From Hyphomicrobiaceae bacterium (GTDB lineage: Bacteria > Pseudomonadota > Alphaproteobacteria > Rhizobiales > Hyphomicrobiaceae), in the NCBI GenBank assembly GCA_025350265.1, contig JANXYD010000418.1, positions 1 through 45,287 on the forward strand: 45,287 bases of DNA, in the 5' to 3' direction. Made by a program: the position numbers and the translations under genes. Of the stretch, positions 26,266-35,306 are shown in pieces. The notes under the pieces are model-generated. The model was given only the letters and a program-made list of their open reading frames with translations. It was not told the origin of the DNA and did no database searches. Positions within the stretch are counted from its first letter, which is position 1. The number at the start of each line of letters is the position of its first letter.

Positions 26266-26295
26266 AACCTATGCTGCATCGCACAAGAAATCAAG
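26266..26295 (-). promoter_or_regulatory. Putative promoter of the sRNA candidate
   Basis: On the minus strand: CTTGAT (-35, 26295-26290), an 18-nt spacer containing TTGTGCG (26286-26280), and TAGGTT (-10, 26271-26266). The heptamer differs by one base from the TTGTGCA element I recall being reported in mmgR promoters. Confidence 0.35.
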
Positions 26296-26621
26296 CCTGC
26301 AATTAACCCATGCGTCACTCTGTCTAGATCGGATTGAGAGGAACGGGCGTGCCGAACGTACCCGTGAAAGAGGAGTTTTTGGGCTGAATCAGATCACTTT
26401 CAGTGGAATCCTTACGCCGCGATCTAACGTCCACTCACAAGCTGCCTCCCACTTAAAGCAAGATTGCATTGCACAAAATGCAGAGGTCGGCTTTTCATTT
26501 CTTGCGCAAACAGGTTTGATCAATGCGCACCGGCTGCGGCAAGCACTCATATGTAGTATGATGTCGTTCCTGGCTGCTCGCTATCAGTCACCCCGCAGAC
26601 GCTTCGCCCTGGGACCCGCCC

Positions 26622-27632
26622 ATGTATACTCAAGCGCTCAATGCCGACGAATCCCAGCGCGATCAGACGCTGCCGGCACCCGATGCGGCAAAGCTCGCTC
26701 GTTTTCAGGCGGTAATTGATGCCGAGGACAAGATCGAGCCAAACGATTGGATGCCCGACGCCTATCGCCGAACACTCCAGCGGCAAATTTCCCAGCACGC
26801 CCATTCCGAGATCATCGGCATGCAGCCCGAGGGCAATTGGCTGACACGTGCGCCGTCGCTTAAGCGCAAGGCGACGCTGCTCGCCAAGATCCAGGACGAA
26901 GCCGGCCACGGGCTTTATCTCTATTCCGCCGCCGAAACGCTCGGTCTCAGCCGCGAAGCGTATTGCGATCAGCTGCTCAGCGGCAAGGCGAAGTATTCGT
27001 CGATCTTCAACTATCCGACGCTGACCTGGGCCGACATGGGCGCGATCGGGTGGCTGGTCGATGGTGCCGCGATCATGAACCAGATCCCGTTGTGCCGCTG
27101 CAGTTATGGGCCCTACGCGCGCGCCATGATCCGCATCTGCAAAGAGGAAAGTTTCCACCAGCGCCAGGGCTATGAAATCATGGTGACGCTGGCGCACGGC
27201 ACGCCGGCGCAGAAGGCCATGGCGCAGGATGCACTCGATCGCTTCTGGTGGCCGGTGTTGATGATGTTCGGCCCGTCCGACAAGGACAGCATGCATTCTG
27301 CCGATTCCACAAAATGGAAAATCAAGCGCTTCTCCAACGACGAGCTGCGGCAGAAATTCATCGACGCGACGATACCGCAAGGTCGGTATCTCGGGCTGAC
27401 CTTCCCTGACCCCGACCTCACGTTCAACGATGCCACCGGGCACTGGGAACATGGCGTCATCGACTGGAGCGAGTTCAAGCGCGTGCTGGCGGGTGATGGC
27501 CCGTGCAATCGCCAGCGCCTCAAAGCCCGGCAGACAGCCGAAGCCGAGGGTGCCTGGGTGCGCGACGCCGCCCGCGCGTACGCTGCAAAACGCAGCCAGC
27601 GACAGGCAACTTCACAAGTCGCAGCCGAATAG
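26622..27632 (+). CDS. paaA: 1,2-phenylacetyl-CoA epoxidase, catalytic subunit A
   Basis: Di-iron oxygenase pattern: ...[44 protein letters not shown]...EESFHQRQG... Followed by paaBCDE in the canonical order. Confidence 0.9.
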   Translation: MYTQALNADESQRDQTLPAPDAAKLARFQAVIDAEDKIEPNDWMPDAYRRTLQRQISQHAHSEIIGMQPEGNWLTRAPSLKRKATLLAKIQDEAGHGLYLYSAAETLGLSREAYCDQLLSGKAKYSSIFNYPTLTWADMGAIGWLVDGAAIMNQIPLCRCSYGPYARAMIRICKEESFHQRQGYEIMVTLAHGTPAQKAMAQDALDRFWWPVLMMFGPSDKDSMHSADSTKWKIKRFSNDELRQKFIDATIPQGRYLGLTFPDPDLTFNDATGHWEHGVIDWSEFKRVLAGDGPCNRQRLKARQTAEAEGAWVRDAARAYAAKRSQRQATSQVAAE

Positions 27633-27649
27633 CACCGGGAACCTAAAAC

Positions 27650-27937
27650 GTGACAGAGATCGCCACCCCTTTGTGGGAAGTCTTCATCCGCAACCGTTCG
27701 GGTTTACCGCATAAACATTGCGGTTCCGTCCACGCCGCCGATGCGACGATGGCGCTGCAGGCGGCCCGCGACGTCTATACGCGGCGCGGCGAAAGCGTCT
27801 CGCTGTGGGTGGTGCCGTCGTCGGCGATCATTGCCTCCGACCCGGTCGACAGGGATGTTTTGTTCGAACCGACCGGATCAAAAATCTACCGCCATCCAAC
27901 GTTCTACGACGTGCCGGATGAAGTCGGGCATATGTGA
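27650..27937 (+). CDS. paaB: 1,2-phenylacetyl-CoA epoxidase subunit B
   Basis: 95 aa with a GTG start. LWEVFIR.R.GL.H.H.GS.HA.D...AL..ARDVYTRR is the PaaB signature. Confidence 0.9.
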   Translation: MTEIATPLWEVFIRNRSGLPHKHCGSVHAADATMALQAARDVYTRRGESVSLWVVPSSAIIASDPVDRDVLFEPTGSKIYRHPTFYDVPDEVGHM

Positions 27938-27994
27938 GCCCAACCCAGCGCCGTCACTCCTGGGCCTGAAACTACCGTAACGACCGAGCCAGCC

Positions 27995-28762
27995 ATGCCC
28001 CGTGTGATCGCCGACGCCGACCTGTTCGAATTTACCTTGGCCCTTGCCGATGATGCGCTGGTACTCGGCCATCGGCTGTCGGAATGGAGCGGGCGCGGCC
28101 CGTCGCTCGAGGAAGATATCGCGCTGTCCAACCTCGGGCTTGATCTGGTCGGGCAGGCACGGCTGTTTTATACCTATGCCGGCGAACTCGACGGCAACGG
28201 CCGCGACGAAGACGATCTCGCCTACTTCCGCAACGCGGATGGCTATCGCAACCTGCTGATCGTCGAACTTGAGCCGGGCGATTTCGCCCTCACGATCGTG
28301 CGCCAATTTCTCTATGCGGCCTTCCTGCATCCCTATTTCGCCGCGCTCTGCCGCTCGACCGATGCGCGCCTCGCCGCAATCGCCGCGAAAGCCGTCAAGG
28401 AAATGGCCTATCACCTCCGTCACAGCAGCGAGTGGCTGATCCGGCTCGGTGACGGCACACCCGAGAGCCACCGCCGCGCCGTCGAAGCGCTCGATCTGCT
28501 GTGGGGCTACACCGGTGAAATGTTCGAGCCGACGACCGCCGAGCAACGCGTGGTTGCTGCCGGGATCGCTCCCGACCGCACGCAAATTCGGCAGCCATGG
28601 ACGACAACGGTCGACGCCGTGCTTGCCGAGGCGACGTTGCAGCGTCCCGCACAGCGCGGCATGCAATCGGGGGGACGCCACGGCAGACATACCGAGGGCC
28701 TCGATCGCATGCTCGCCGAGATGCAGGTTCTGGCGCGCCAGCATCCGGGTGCCAAATGGTAG
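27995..28762 (+). CDS. paaC: 1,2-phenylacetyl-CoA epoxidase subunit C
   Basis: 255 aa. LALADDALVLGHRLSEW...PSLEEDIALSNLGLDLVGQARL matches PaaC (the non-catalytic ferritin-like subunit). Position in the operon fits. Confidence 0.85.
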   Translation: MPRVIADADLFEFTLALADDALVLGHRLSEWSGRGPSLEEDIALSNLGLDLVGQARLFYTYAGELDGNGRDEDDLAYFRNADGYRNLLIVELEPGDFALTIVRQFLYAAFLHPYFAALCRSTDARLAAIAAKAVKEMAYHLRHSSEWLIRLGDGTPESHRRAVEALDLLWGYTGEMFEPTTAEQRVVAAGIAPDRTQIRQPWTTTVDAVLAEATLQRPAQRGMQSGGRHGRHTEGLDRMLAEMQVLARQHPGAKW

Positions 28763-29265
28763 CTGACGCCCCGCATGAGACCACCGATATCGAGGTTGCT
28801 CGCGCCTACGCTGCAGCGGCAGCTGTGCTCGATCCGGAAATCCCGGTCTTGAACCTAGTCGATCTCGGCGTACTCAGGCGTGTCGAGCGGCGCTCCGGCA
28901 GCATCGTCGTCTCGCTATCGCCGACGTATACCGGTTGCCCCGCCACGGCAGCCATCCAACTGGCCGTCGCGTGTGCGTTGATCGATGCCGGCATCGCCGG
29001 TGCGCGCACCGAGTTGGTGCTGTCGCCGGCTTGGACCACCGACGACATCACCGCAGCCGGACGTGCCAAACTCAAAGCCTATGGCATCGCGCCCCCCGGC
29101 AAAGGCAGCCCCGCGATGCTGTTCGCCGACGAACAGGTGGCCTGTCCGCACTGCGGATCGTGGCAGACGAGCCGCATTTCGCAATTCGGTTCCACGCCCT
29201 GCAAAGCGCAGTGGCGATGCGACCAATGCCGCGAACCCTTCGACTACTTCAAATGCCACCGGTGA
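28756..29265 (+). CDS. paaD: Phenylacetate-CoA oxygenase subunit PaaD (PaaJ in older nomenclature)
   Basis: ATG 28756 overlaps the paaC stop region. LDPEIPVLNLVDLGVLRRV...SPTYTGCPA... (MIP18/SUF-like domain) plus a C-terminal CPHCGS...C.A.WRCDQC cysteine cluster. Confidence 0.85.
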   Translation: MVADAPHETTDIEVARAYAAAAAVLDPEIPVLNLVDLGVLRRVERRSGSIVVSLSPTYTGCPATAAIQLAVACALIDAGIAGARTELVLSPAWTTDDITAAGRAKLKAYGIAPPGKGSPAMLFADEQVACPHCGSWQTSRISQFGSTPCKAQWRCDQCREPFDYFKCHR

Positions 29266-29267
29266 CC

Positions 29268-30362
29268 ATGTCCGAGACCTTTCATCGCCTCGTTGCAGCC
29301 TCGGTTCGCCGCCTGACCGACGACGCCGTCGAAGTCACGTTCGACGTGCCGCCGAGCGCTGCGGCGCTGCTTGCCTACAAGCCAGGCCAGCACGTGCCGG
29401 TGCGGTTCGATATCGACGGCAGCACGCAGCGACGCACCTATTCGCTCTGCTCGGGCCGTGGCGGGCCGCTGCGGATCGGCATCAAGCTGGTGCCGGGCGG
29501 CGCGGTCTCGACCTGGGCCAATGCTCACCTGCGGCCCGGCGCTGTCTTGGAGGTCGCCGCACCACAGGGCCGCTTCACCTTGCCGGCCGGCACGGGCGCG
29601 GCGCGGCACCTGTTGCTGATCGCCGCAGGCGCGGGCATTACGCCCATTCTCGGCATGATCAATGATGCACTCGCCCACGAACCCGTCACCCGCATCACCC
29701 TGCTCTTGGGTAACCGCAGCCCATCCTCGGCCATGTTTCTCGGCGAACTCGAAGACTTGAAGGATCGGCATACCCAACGCTTCGACCTGCTGCAGATCTA
29801 TTCGGGTGCCGGCATTGCCGATGCCGAATTGATGGGAGGCCGGATCACGGGCGAAAAACTCAAGGCGCTCGCCGACAAGCTCATCGACATCAAGAGTGTC
29901 GAGCGCGCATTCCTATGTGGACCCGGCAGCTTCATCAAGGAAACACGCAACGCGCTGTTCGATCTTGGTTTCACGCGCGAAACCGTGCATCACGAGTTTT
30001 TCGCCGGACGCACAGGCGTCGCGGCCGCCGGCGCGTCGGTTGCACCCCGTCCGATCGTGGTCGCCCCGCCCAAGACACCCGACGCAATCGACGCAATCGC
30101 CATCCTGGATGGGCAACGTCACCCGTTCCCGCTATTGCGCGGACAGCATGTCTTGGAGGCAGCCCTCGCGGCCGGCATTAAAGCGCCCTATTCGTGCACT
30201 GGTGGGATGTGTTCCACCTGCCGCGCGCGCGTGGTCGAGGGGGCCGTCACCATGACAGTGAATTACAGCCTCGAAGACTGGGAGCTCAAGCGCGGGTTCG
30301 TGTTGACCTGCCAGGCCGTGGCGCAGACCGACACGCTCGTCATCGACTACGACGCGATGTGA
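29268..30362 (+). CDS. paaE: Phenylacetate-CoA oxygenase reductase subunit PaaE (FNR-like plus 2Fe-2S ferredoxin)
   Basis: From ATG 29268 (alternative 29253): FAD motif RRTYSLCS, an NAD-binding region, and a C-terminal plant-type ferredoxin cluster CTGGMCSTCR...C. The long N-terminal extension of ORF 28935..30362 overlaps paaD and I discard it. Confidence 0.85.
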   Translation: MSETFHRLVAASVRRLTDDAVEVTFDVPPSAAALLAYKPGQHVPVRFDIDGSTQRRTYSLCSGRGGPLRIGIKLVPGGAVSTWANAHLRPGAVLEVAAPQGRFTLPAGTGAARHLLLIAAGAGITPILGMINDALAHEPVTRITLLLGNRSPSSAMFLGELEDLKDRHTQRFDLLQIYSGAGIADAELMGGRITGEKLKALADKLIDIKSVERAFLCGPGSFIKETRNALFDLGFTRETVHHEFFAGRTGVAAAGASVAPRPIVVAPPKTPDAIDAIAILDGQRHPFPLLRGQHVLEAALAAGIKAPYSCTGGMCSTCRARVVEGAVTMTVNYSLEDWELKRGFVLTCQAVAQTDTLVIDYDAM

Positions 30363-31669
30363 GCAGCGCCTATCGGCCGTGCCGCGATCAACGAACGTGC
30401 ACGACGCGCCGGGCGCGTCTGCTGCAAGGCTCGAACCATCACTGGCACGCGATCGCCGAGCATCAAGCCCCAAGAGAGCGCCATCAGCACCTGAAAATGG
30501 CGCCAGTGATCGAGGTCGATGACGAAGCCTTCCAAGGCATGCGCCACGAACACCGCATACACGACGAGGAACACGCCTTGCGTCTCCGTGCGCCGCATCG
30601 CGTGCCATGCACCAAGCACGCCCGTCACCAAAATCATCACGGCGAACACGCCACCGCCGAGCCAGCCGGCATTCATGAACATCGACAGGTAAACGTTGTG
30701 CGCTTCTTCCACGTGATAGAAGCCGTCGAATTGCTGCGCGCCGATGCCGAACGGATTGGCCTGGATCAGCCGCTTGGCCTTGACCTGCCCGCCGAAACGG
30801 CCTTCCGGGCCTTCGTCGTAGCTCTGCGTCAGCGTCGCCCGCTCACTGAGCAGGTTTGCAACCACATCGAACTGCAGCGCCACCGTGATCAGGAGCGCTG
30901 CAGCGACAGCCGCGCCTCCAAGCCCCACGACGATGCGGACGCGGTGTGCGTTTTGCGTGGCGGTCACGAACGCCAGATAGGCGAACAGCGCTGTCGCCAT
31001 CGCCAGATTGAACCACGCGCCCCGACTGAAACTCAACAGCACCCCGAGCACGAGCAAAAGTAAGCCAGCGCTCGCCAACACTTTGTGCCGCCCCTTGGGG
31101 TCGAGCAGACCATGCATGAGATAAACCGCCGGCAGAACCAGCGACGCACCAAACACGTTCGGATCCTTGAAGGTGCCGGAGACGCGGCCATAAAGGGTGA
31201 ATAGATCGTAGGCACCGGGAAACGCATCGAGATAGCCAGCCAAACCCGCGCCGGCCGCGATAATGCCCGCCGCCACCGCACCCTGGCAGATCAAACGAAC
31301 ATGCCTGAGCGGCGACTTTGCAACGAAGGCCGCCAGCATCAGCGCCACGAGCGTCAAAAACAGCGTCACCGCCGTATGCGTGATCGCGCGGCTGGGATCG
31401 ATTGCCGCCAATATCGCGAAGAACGCGCATCCCACCGGCACCAAAGTGACAGCGCAGTATCCGATCATGCCCGGCGTCACGCGCAACAGCCCCAGCGCTG
31501 GCAGCAACACAAGCAGGCTCAGCGCGCACACATCGAACGGCGCCGGCTCGGTGAACACCACCGCGCTTGACGCCATCGTCAGCCAAACCAGCGCCAACGC
31601 TATTCGGTGCGCGGCGCTCGTCGGTCCGACCTGTGTGTCAGCGCGGGTGGATGTCGGTTGCATCATCAT
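30347..31669 (-). CDS. O-antigen ligase / Wzy-like polysaccharide polymerase family membrane protein
   Basis: Polytopic membrane protein with LLLLVLGVLLSFSRGAWFNLAMATALFAYL (Wzy_C-type SxSRGAW motif). The start is one of the ATGATGATG triplets at 31669-31661; the first overlaps the upstream gene's TGA. The 3' end overlaps convergent paaE by 16 nt. Confidence 0.75.
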   Translation of the reverse strand: MMMQPTSTRADTQVGPTSAAHRIALALVWLTMASSAVVFTEPAPFDVCALSLLVLLPALGLLRVTPGMIGYCAVTLVPVGCAFFAILAAIDPSRAITHTAVTLFLTLVALMLAAFVAKSPLRHVRLICQGAVAAGIIAAGAGLAGYLDAFPGAYDLFTLYGRVSGTFKDPNVFGASLVLPAVYLMHGLLDPKGRHKVLASAGLLLLVLGVLLSFSRGAWFNLAMATALFAYLAFVTATQNAHRVRIVVGLGGAAVAAALLITVALQFDVVANLLSERATLTQSYDEGPEGRFGGQVKAKRLIQANPFGIGAQQFDGFYHVEEAHNVYLSMFMNAGWLGGGVFAVMILVTGVLGAWHAMRRTETQGVFLVVYAVFVAHALEGFVIDLDHWRHFQVLMALSWGLMLGDRVPVMVRALQQTRPARRARSLIAARPIGAAHIAS

Positions 31670-33168
31670 CAGTACGCATTGTCTGTCTTGAGCAGGGCTA
31701 CGGGCGTCTTGATGAGAATGCACAGATCGAGCCAGACCGACCAATTGTCGATATAATCGAGATCGAACTCGACCCGCTTCCGGATTTTCTCCGTCGTATC
31801 GGTTTCCCCGCGCCAGCCGTTGATCTGCGCCCAACCGGTGATGCCCGGCTTGACCTTGTGGCGAGCGAAGTAACCATCCACCACTTCCGGATACATGCGA
31901 TCGGCGGCTTTGGCTTGCACCGCATGCGGACGCGGGCCGACCAGCGACAGCGTGCCGAGCAGCACGTTGAACAGTTGCGGCAGTTCGTCGAGGCTGGTTT
32001 TGCGAATGACACGGCCGACGCGAGTGACGCGTGGATCATCCTTGGTCACCAGCTTGGACGCCGTCAGATCCGCCCGGTCGGTGAACATGGAGCGGAACTT
32101 ATAAACTTCGATGAGCTCGTTATTGAAGCCATAGCGCTTCTGGCGAAAAATCACCGGACCCTTGCTTTCGAGCTTCACGGCGAGTGCCACAGCGGCCATG
32201 ACCGGGGCCAGCACGACGATGGCGAGCACCGCGATGACCTTGTCGAAGACCCATTTTGCGCACGCGCTCCAACCCGAGATCGGCCGCTCGCATAAGTCGA
32301 TGACCGGCACCGAGCCGAGGTAGGAATAGGCGCTCTTATGAAACCGCAGCGTCGATGCCGAGGCCGCCATCCGCACATCCAGCGGCAGTTCCGACACGCG
32401 TTGCATCAGCGTCGATACACGCGTTTCCGCCGACAAAGGCAACGACATGATCAACATATCGACCCGCCCGCTGCGCGAGAACGCCTTCAACGCTTCGATA
32501 TCGCCGAGACAGGGCATGTCGGAAATAGCTGCGGCCGAACGCTGGTCCATGCGGTCATCAAAGATGCCACAGATGCGCACGTCGGCATCGGGATCAGCGC
32601 GCAGTTGCGCAATCAGAGTTTCGCTCGAACCGCCGCTGCCGTAGATAATCGCGTTGCGCGTCAAATAACCGTTGCGGCGCAGCGCTCGCGTCGCTGCCAT
32701 CGCGGCGGCGCGGCTCACCATGAGACATGCGAGGCCGGCGACATAGACCAGCGCCGAAGTCCGCCCCAAGGCCGGCGGCAACGTCGACGCATACGCAAGT
32801 GCGATCACGATCGCGACAGCCAGCGTCCAGCCGAAAACCAGGGGACGTGCACTCTTGAGCGGTGCATTGAAGCTCGCGGGTGCATACAAACCCTGCTGCG
32901 CGAATGTTGAGGTTGCAATCAAAGCGGTCGTCAGCGGGGCGAGGACTGCAAGTGCGTTCCCGGTCGTCGAGTTGCCGATGCCGCCGCTGAAGCCGATGGC
33001 CGCAGCGCCGGCCGCTGTCAGCGCCGCGCACTCGATGGCGCGCACGACGACTGCGAACATGCCGTGCATCTGCAGCATCGCACCAAATGCTGTGGACATT
33101 GCCGAACGTGTGCTGGCAGCGGCATGCGTCGTTGTCGGCGCGATCGCTGTGGCTGAAAGAACGGGCAT
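31669..33168 (-). CDS. Undecaprenyl-phosphate hexose-1-phosphate transferase (WbaP/ExoY-type priming sugar transferase)
   Basis: N-terminal TM segments plus a C-terminal bacterial sugar-transferase domain: [26 protein letters not shown]...[38 protein letters not shown]...[12 protein letters not shown]. Confidence 0.85.
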   Translation of the reverse strand: MPVLSATAIAPTTTHAAASTRSAMSTAFGAMLQMHGMFAVVVRAIECAALTAAGAAAIGFSGGIGNSTTGNALAVLAPLTTALIATSTFAQQGLYAPASFNAPLKSARPLVFGWTLAVAIVIALAYASTLPPALGRTSALVYVAGLACLMVSRAAAMAATRALRRNGYLTRNAIIYGSGGSSETLIAQLRADPDADVRICGIFDDRMDQRSAAAISDMPCLGDIEALKAFSRSGRVDMLIMSLPLSAETRVSTLMQRVSELPLDVRMAASASTLRFHKSAYSYLGSVPVIDLCERPISGWSACAKWVFDKVIAVLAIVVLAPVMAAVALAVKLESKGPVIFRQKRYGFNNELIEVYKFRSMFTDRADLTASKLVTKDDPRVTRVGRVIRKTSLDELPQLFNVLLGTLSLVGPRPHAVQAKAADRMYPEVVDGYFARHKVKPGITGWAQINGWRGETDTTEKIRKRVEFDLDYIDNWSVWLDLCILIKTPVALLKTDNAY

Positions 33169-33243
33169 GAGGGCAGTCCATGGTTGAGGCGGCGACTATT
33201 GCGCCTCAAGGAAGCAGGGATCATGCCAGTTCCACCGCCCCTC

Positions 33244-34407
33244 TCAGGCGGCCATTTGAGCCTTGCCCGGCGCGCGATACACTGCGGTTACGGCGTCCGC
33301 CATCGCCGAGACTGTAAACTTGTCGGCGATCGCGTGCCGGAGACCGGCGGCTTTTGCAATCAGCGGCGTCGGATTCTCCAACGCGTCCAGCATCGCTGCG
33401 GCTAACGCTGCGGCATCGCCGGGCTGAAGCAGTGGTCCAAATTGGGACGGAATGATTTCGTGGATGCCGCCGACATTTGTCGCCAAAACGGGCACGTGTG
33501 CCGCGATCGCCTCCAGCACGACGTAGGGTAAACTCTCGGCGCGCGAGGGCATCAACAAAACGCGGCCCAGTGCGAAAGCCTCCCGCGCCCGCATCGCGCC
33601 CGGAAATCGCACGCGATCGGCGAGCCCCAGCTTTAGCGTCTGAGCCTTGAACTGACCAGCGTCCGGCCCATCGCCGACGAACACCGCAGACGCCAGCGTT
33701 GGCAGCCGCGCAAGTGCGTCGAGAGCTACATCGACACCCTTGAGATGCCGAAGTTCGCCCACGAAGATGAAATCGGCGGCGTTCGCGTCGGGCACAACGG
33801 CCACGAATTCGGCCGGCAGCAAACCATTCACCACCACCGCCGTCGGACAATGGGGACGCCCGATCTGGCTCGCATAGCGATCCGCCGCAAACCGGCTTTC
33901 AAATAGAATTCCATCGGTCCACGCCTCGAGCCGGCGCTCGAGCGCACCAAAAAACTGCCCTTTCGCCGTCGTTCGCGGATAGTGCAAACTGCCACCGTGG
34001 GGTGTATAGAAACACCGCAAATCCGGCCTCTGCTGCCTGACCGAGCGCTTCGCCAGGCGCGCATAAGCACCACCCTTGGCACCGTGACCATGCAGCACGT
34101 CCAGCTCCATCGTGCGGGCCAACTCGACCACCTGATGCCACGCGCGCACATCGCCGAACCCGAGATCGCGCGACATCGGCAACCGATGCAGCCCGAGCCG
34201 AAGGTGCGGTGCAAACGCCAGCAGCCGGGCCTCGGTCAACGCATCGCCTGACGCGGCACAAATGACACCGACTCGATGGCCCGCGGCGGCTTGCGCCGTC
34301 GCCAGATCGACGACATGCCGAAACAGTCCACCGACCGGCGCGCGCAGGCAGTGCAATATGTTCAGCGTCAGCGGCTCGAACCGGCGGGCTCTCACAATCT
34401 CAGTCAC
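33244..34407 (-). CDS. Glycosyltransferase family 4 (GT-B fold)
   Basis: LNILHCLRAPVGGLFRHVVDLA... at the N-terminus and ...LMPSRAESLPYVVLEAIAAHVPVLATNVGG (E-x7-E region) at the C-terminus. The track start 34461 is TTG. I prefer GTG 34407, preceded by GAGG. Start uncertain. Confidence 0.75.
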   Translation of the reverse strand: MTEIVRARRFEPLTLNILHCLRAPVGGLFRHVVDLATAQAAAGHRVGVICAASGDALTEARLLAFAPHLRLGLHRLPMSRDLGFGDVRAWHQVVELARTMELDVLHGHGAKGGAYARLAKRSVRQQRPDLRCFYTPHGGSLHYPRTTAKGQFFGALERRLEAWTDGILFESRFAADRYASQIGRPHCPTAVVVNGLLPAEFVAVVPDANAADFIFVGELRHLKGVDVALDALARLPTLASAVFVGDGPDAGQFKAQTLKLGLADRVRFPGAMRAREAFALGRVLLMPSRAESLPYVVLEAIAAHVPVLATNVGGIHEIIPSQFGPLLQPGDAAALAAAMLDALENPTPLIAKAAGLRHAIADKFTVSAMADAVTAVYRAPGKAQMAA

Positions 34408-34473
34408 GCTTGCCTCGCTCACTCGCTCGGACGTGCTTGCCTGAAGTACGACAAGCCACAAAGGACAGCGGTT

Positions 34474-35169
34474 TCAGAACCAACGTTCCCGGATGAAGAT
34501 GGTGTCGCCCGGCCGCACTTCGGCATCGCCTGAAACCTCCAGTTTCTCCACACCGCTCTGTATACGCCGGCTGATCTGAACTTTTCGTTCATTGGCTCGA
34601 TCGGAATAACCGCCGGCGATGGCGACGGCCGCATCCACCGTCAAGCCGCCGACGTAAGGATATTGTCCCGCCGACCGGATTTCGCCCAAGATAAAGAAGG
34701 GCCGGTACTGCTGGATATCGACGGTGACATGCGGATCGCGCACGAATTCGGCACCGAGCCGCGTCGCGATGGCCGCTTCCAGCGCGCGCGTCGACAATCC
34801 GCGCGCCGGTAAATTGCCGATCAGCGGCACAGAAATGAAGCCTTCGTTATCGATCGTGTAGATACGCGACAGGCTCGGCTGCGCGTAGACGAAAATGCGC
34901 AGTTTATCGCCGCTATCAAGCCTGTATGAGGTGTGCGACGCAGCGCTTGGTGCCGCACTTTCGCTCGTATCCGTCCCCTCGCGCACCGCGCGTGCGGACC
35001 ATCCCGCGATCGCCACGCCGCCCGATTGGACGATCGGCAGCGGGGCATCGACGACGACCGTTGTTTCGCCGAAGCCGTCGGTCGGGCCGGCGATTCGCCC
35101 ATCGGCAAACGCGCCGTTCGTGAACGGCGTCAGGGCCAGCACCATCATAACCGTTAAGCGCTGCAACAT
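34474..35169 (-). CDS. Polysaccharide export protein (Wza/ExoF-like; Poly_export plus SLBB domains)
   Basis: YRLDSGDKLRIFVYAQPSLSRIYTIDNEGFISVPLIGNLPARGLSTRALEAAIATRL...PHVTVDIQQYRPFFILGEIRSAGQYPY..GLTV..AVAIAGG. Signal peptide begins at ATG 35169 (MLQRLTVMMVLALTPFTNGAFA). The ORF extends to ATG 35208. Confidence 0.8.
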   Translation of the reverse strand: MLQRLTVMMVLALTPFTNGAFADGRIAGPTDGFGETTVVVDAPLPIVQSGGVAIAGWSARAVREGTDTSESAAPSAASHTSYRLDSGDKLRIFVYAQPSLSRIYTIDNEGFISVPLIGNLPARGLSTRALEAAIATRLGAEFVRDPHVTVDIQQYRPFFILGEIRSAGQYPYVGGLTVDAAVAIAGGYSDRANERKVQISRRIQSGVEKLEVSGDAEVRPGDTIFIRERWF

Positions 35170-35306
35170 GCGACCAAACCTTGAAAGACACTTCGCCGTG
35201 CCGACCATTAAGCGCGACGATCGTTAAAAAACACTTCGCGCGCGTGCCGAATCGGGAAGCCTTAAGTGAAAAGCAACTTCGACGCGGTTTAATCTGGCTG
35301 CAATTC

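Noticed and set aside
28597-29267. Long N-terminal extensions of the paaD (from 28597) and paaE (from 28935) ORFs, which would create large gene overlaps.
   Set aside because: The conserved PaaD and PaaE sequences begin at ATG 28756 and ATG 29268/29253 respectively. The extensions are Arg/Pro/Ala-rich and overlap the well-supported upstream genes in another frame.
33184-33209. An 8-bp hairpin (TTGAGGCG-N10-CGCCTCAA) between the GT4 and priming-transferase genes.
   Set aside because: No U-tract on either strand, so it is not an intrinsic terminator. It is probably a minor intercistronic structure and not distinctive enough to report as a finding.
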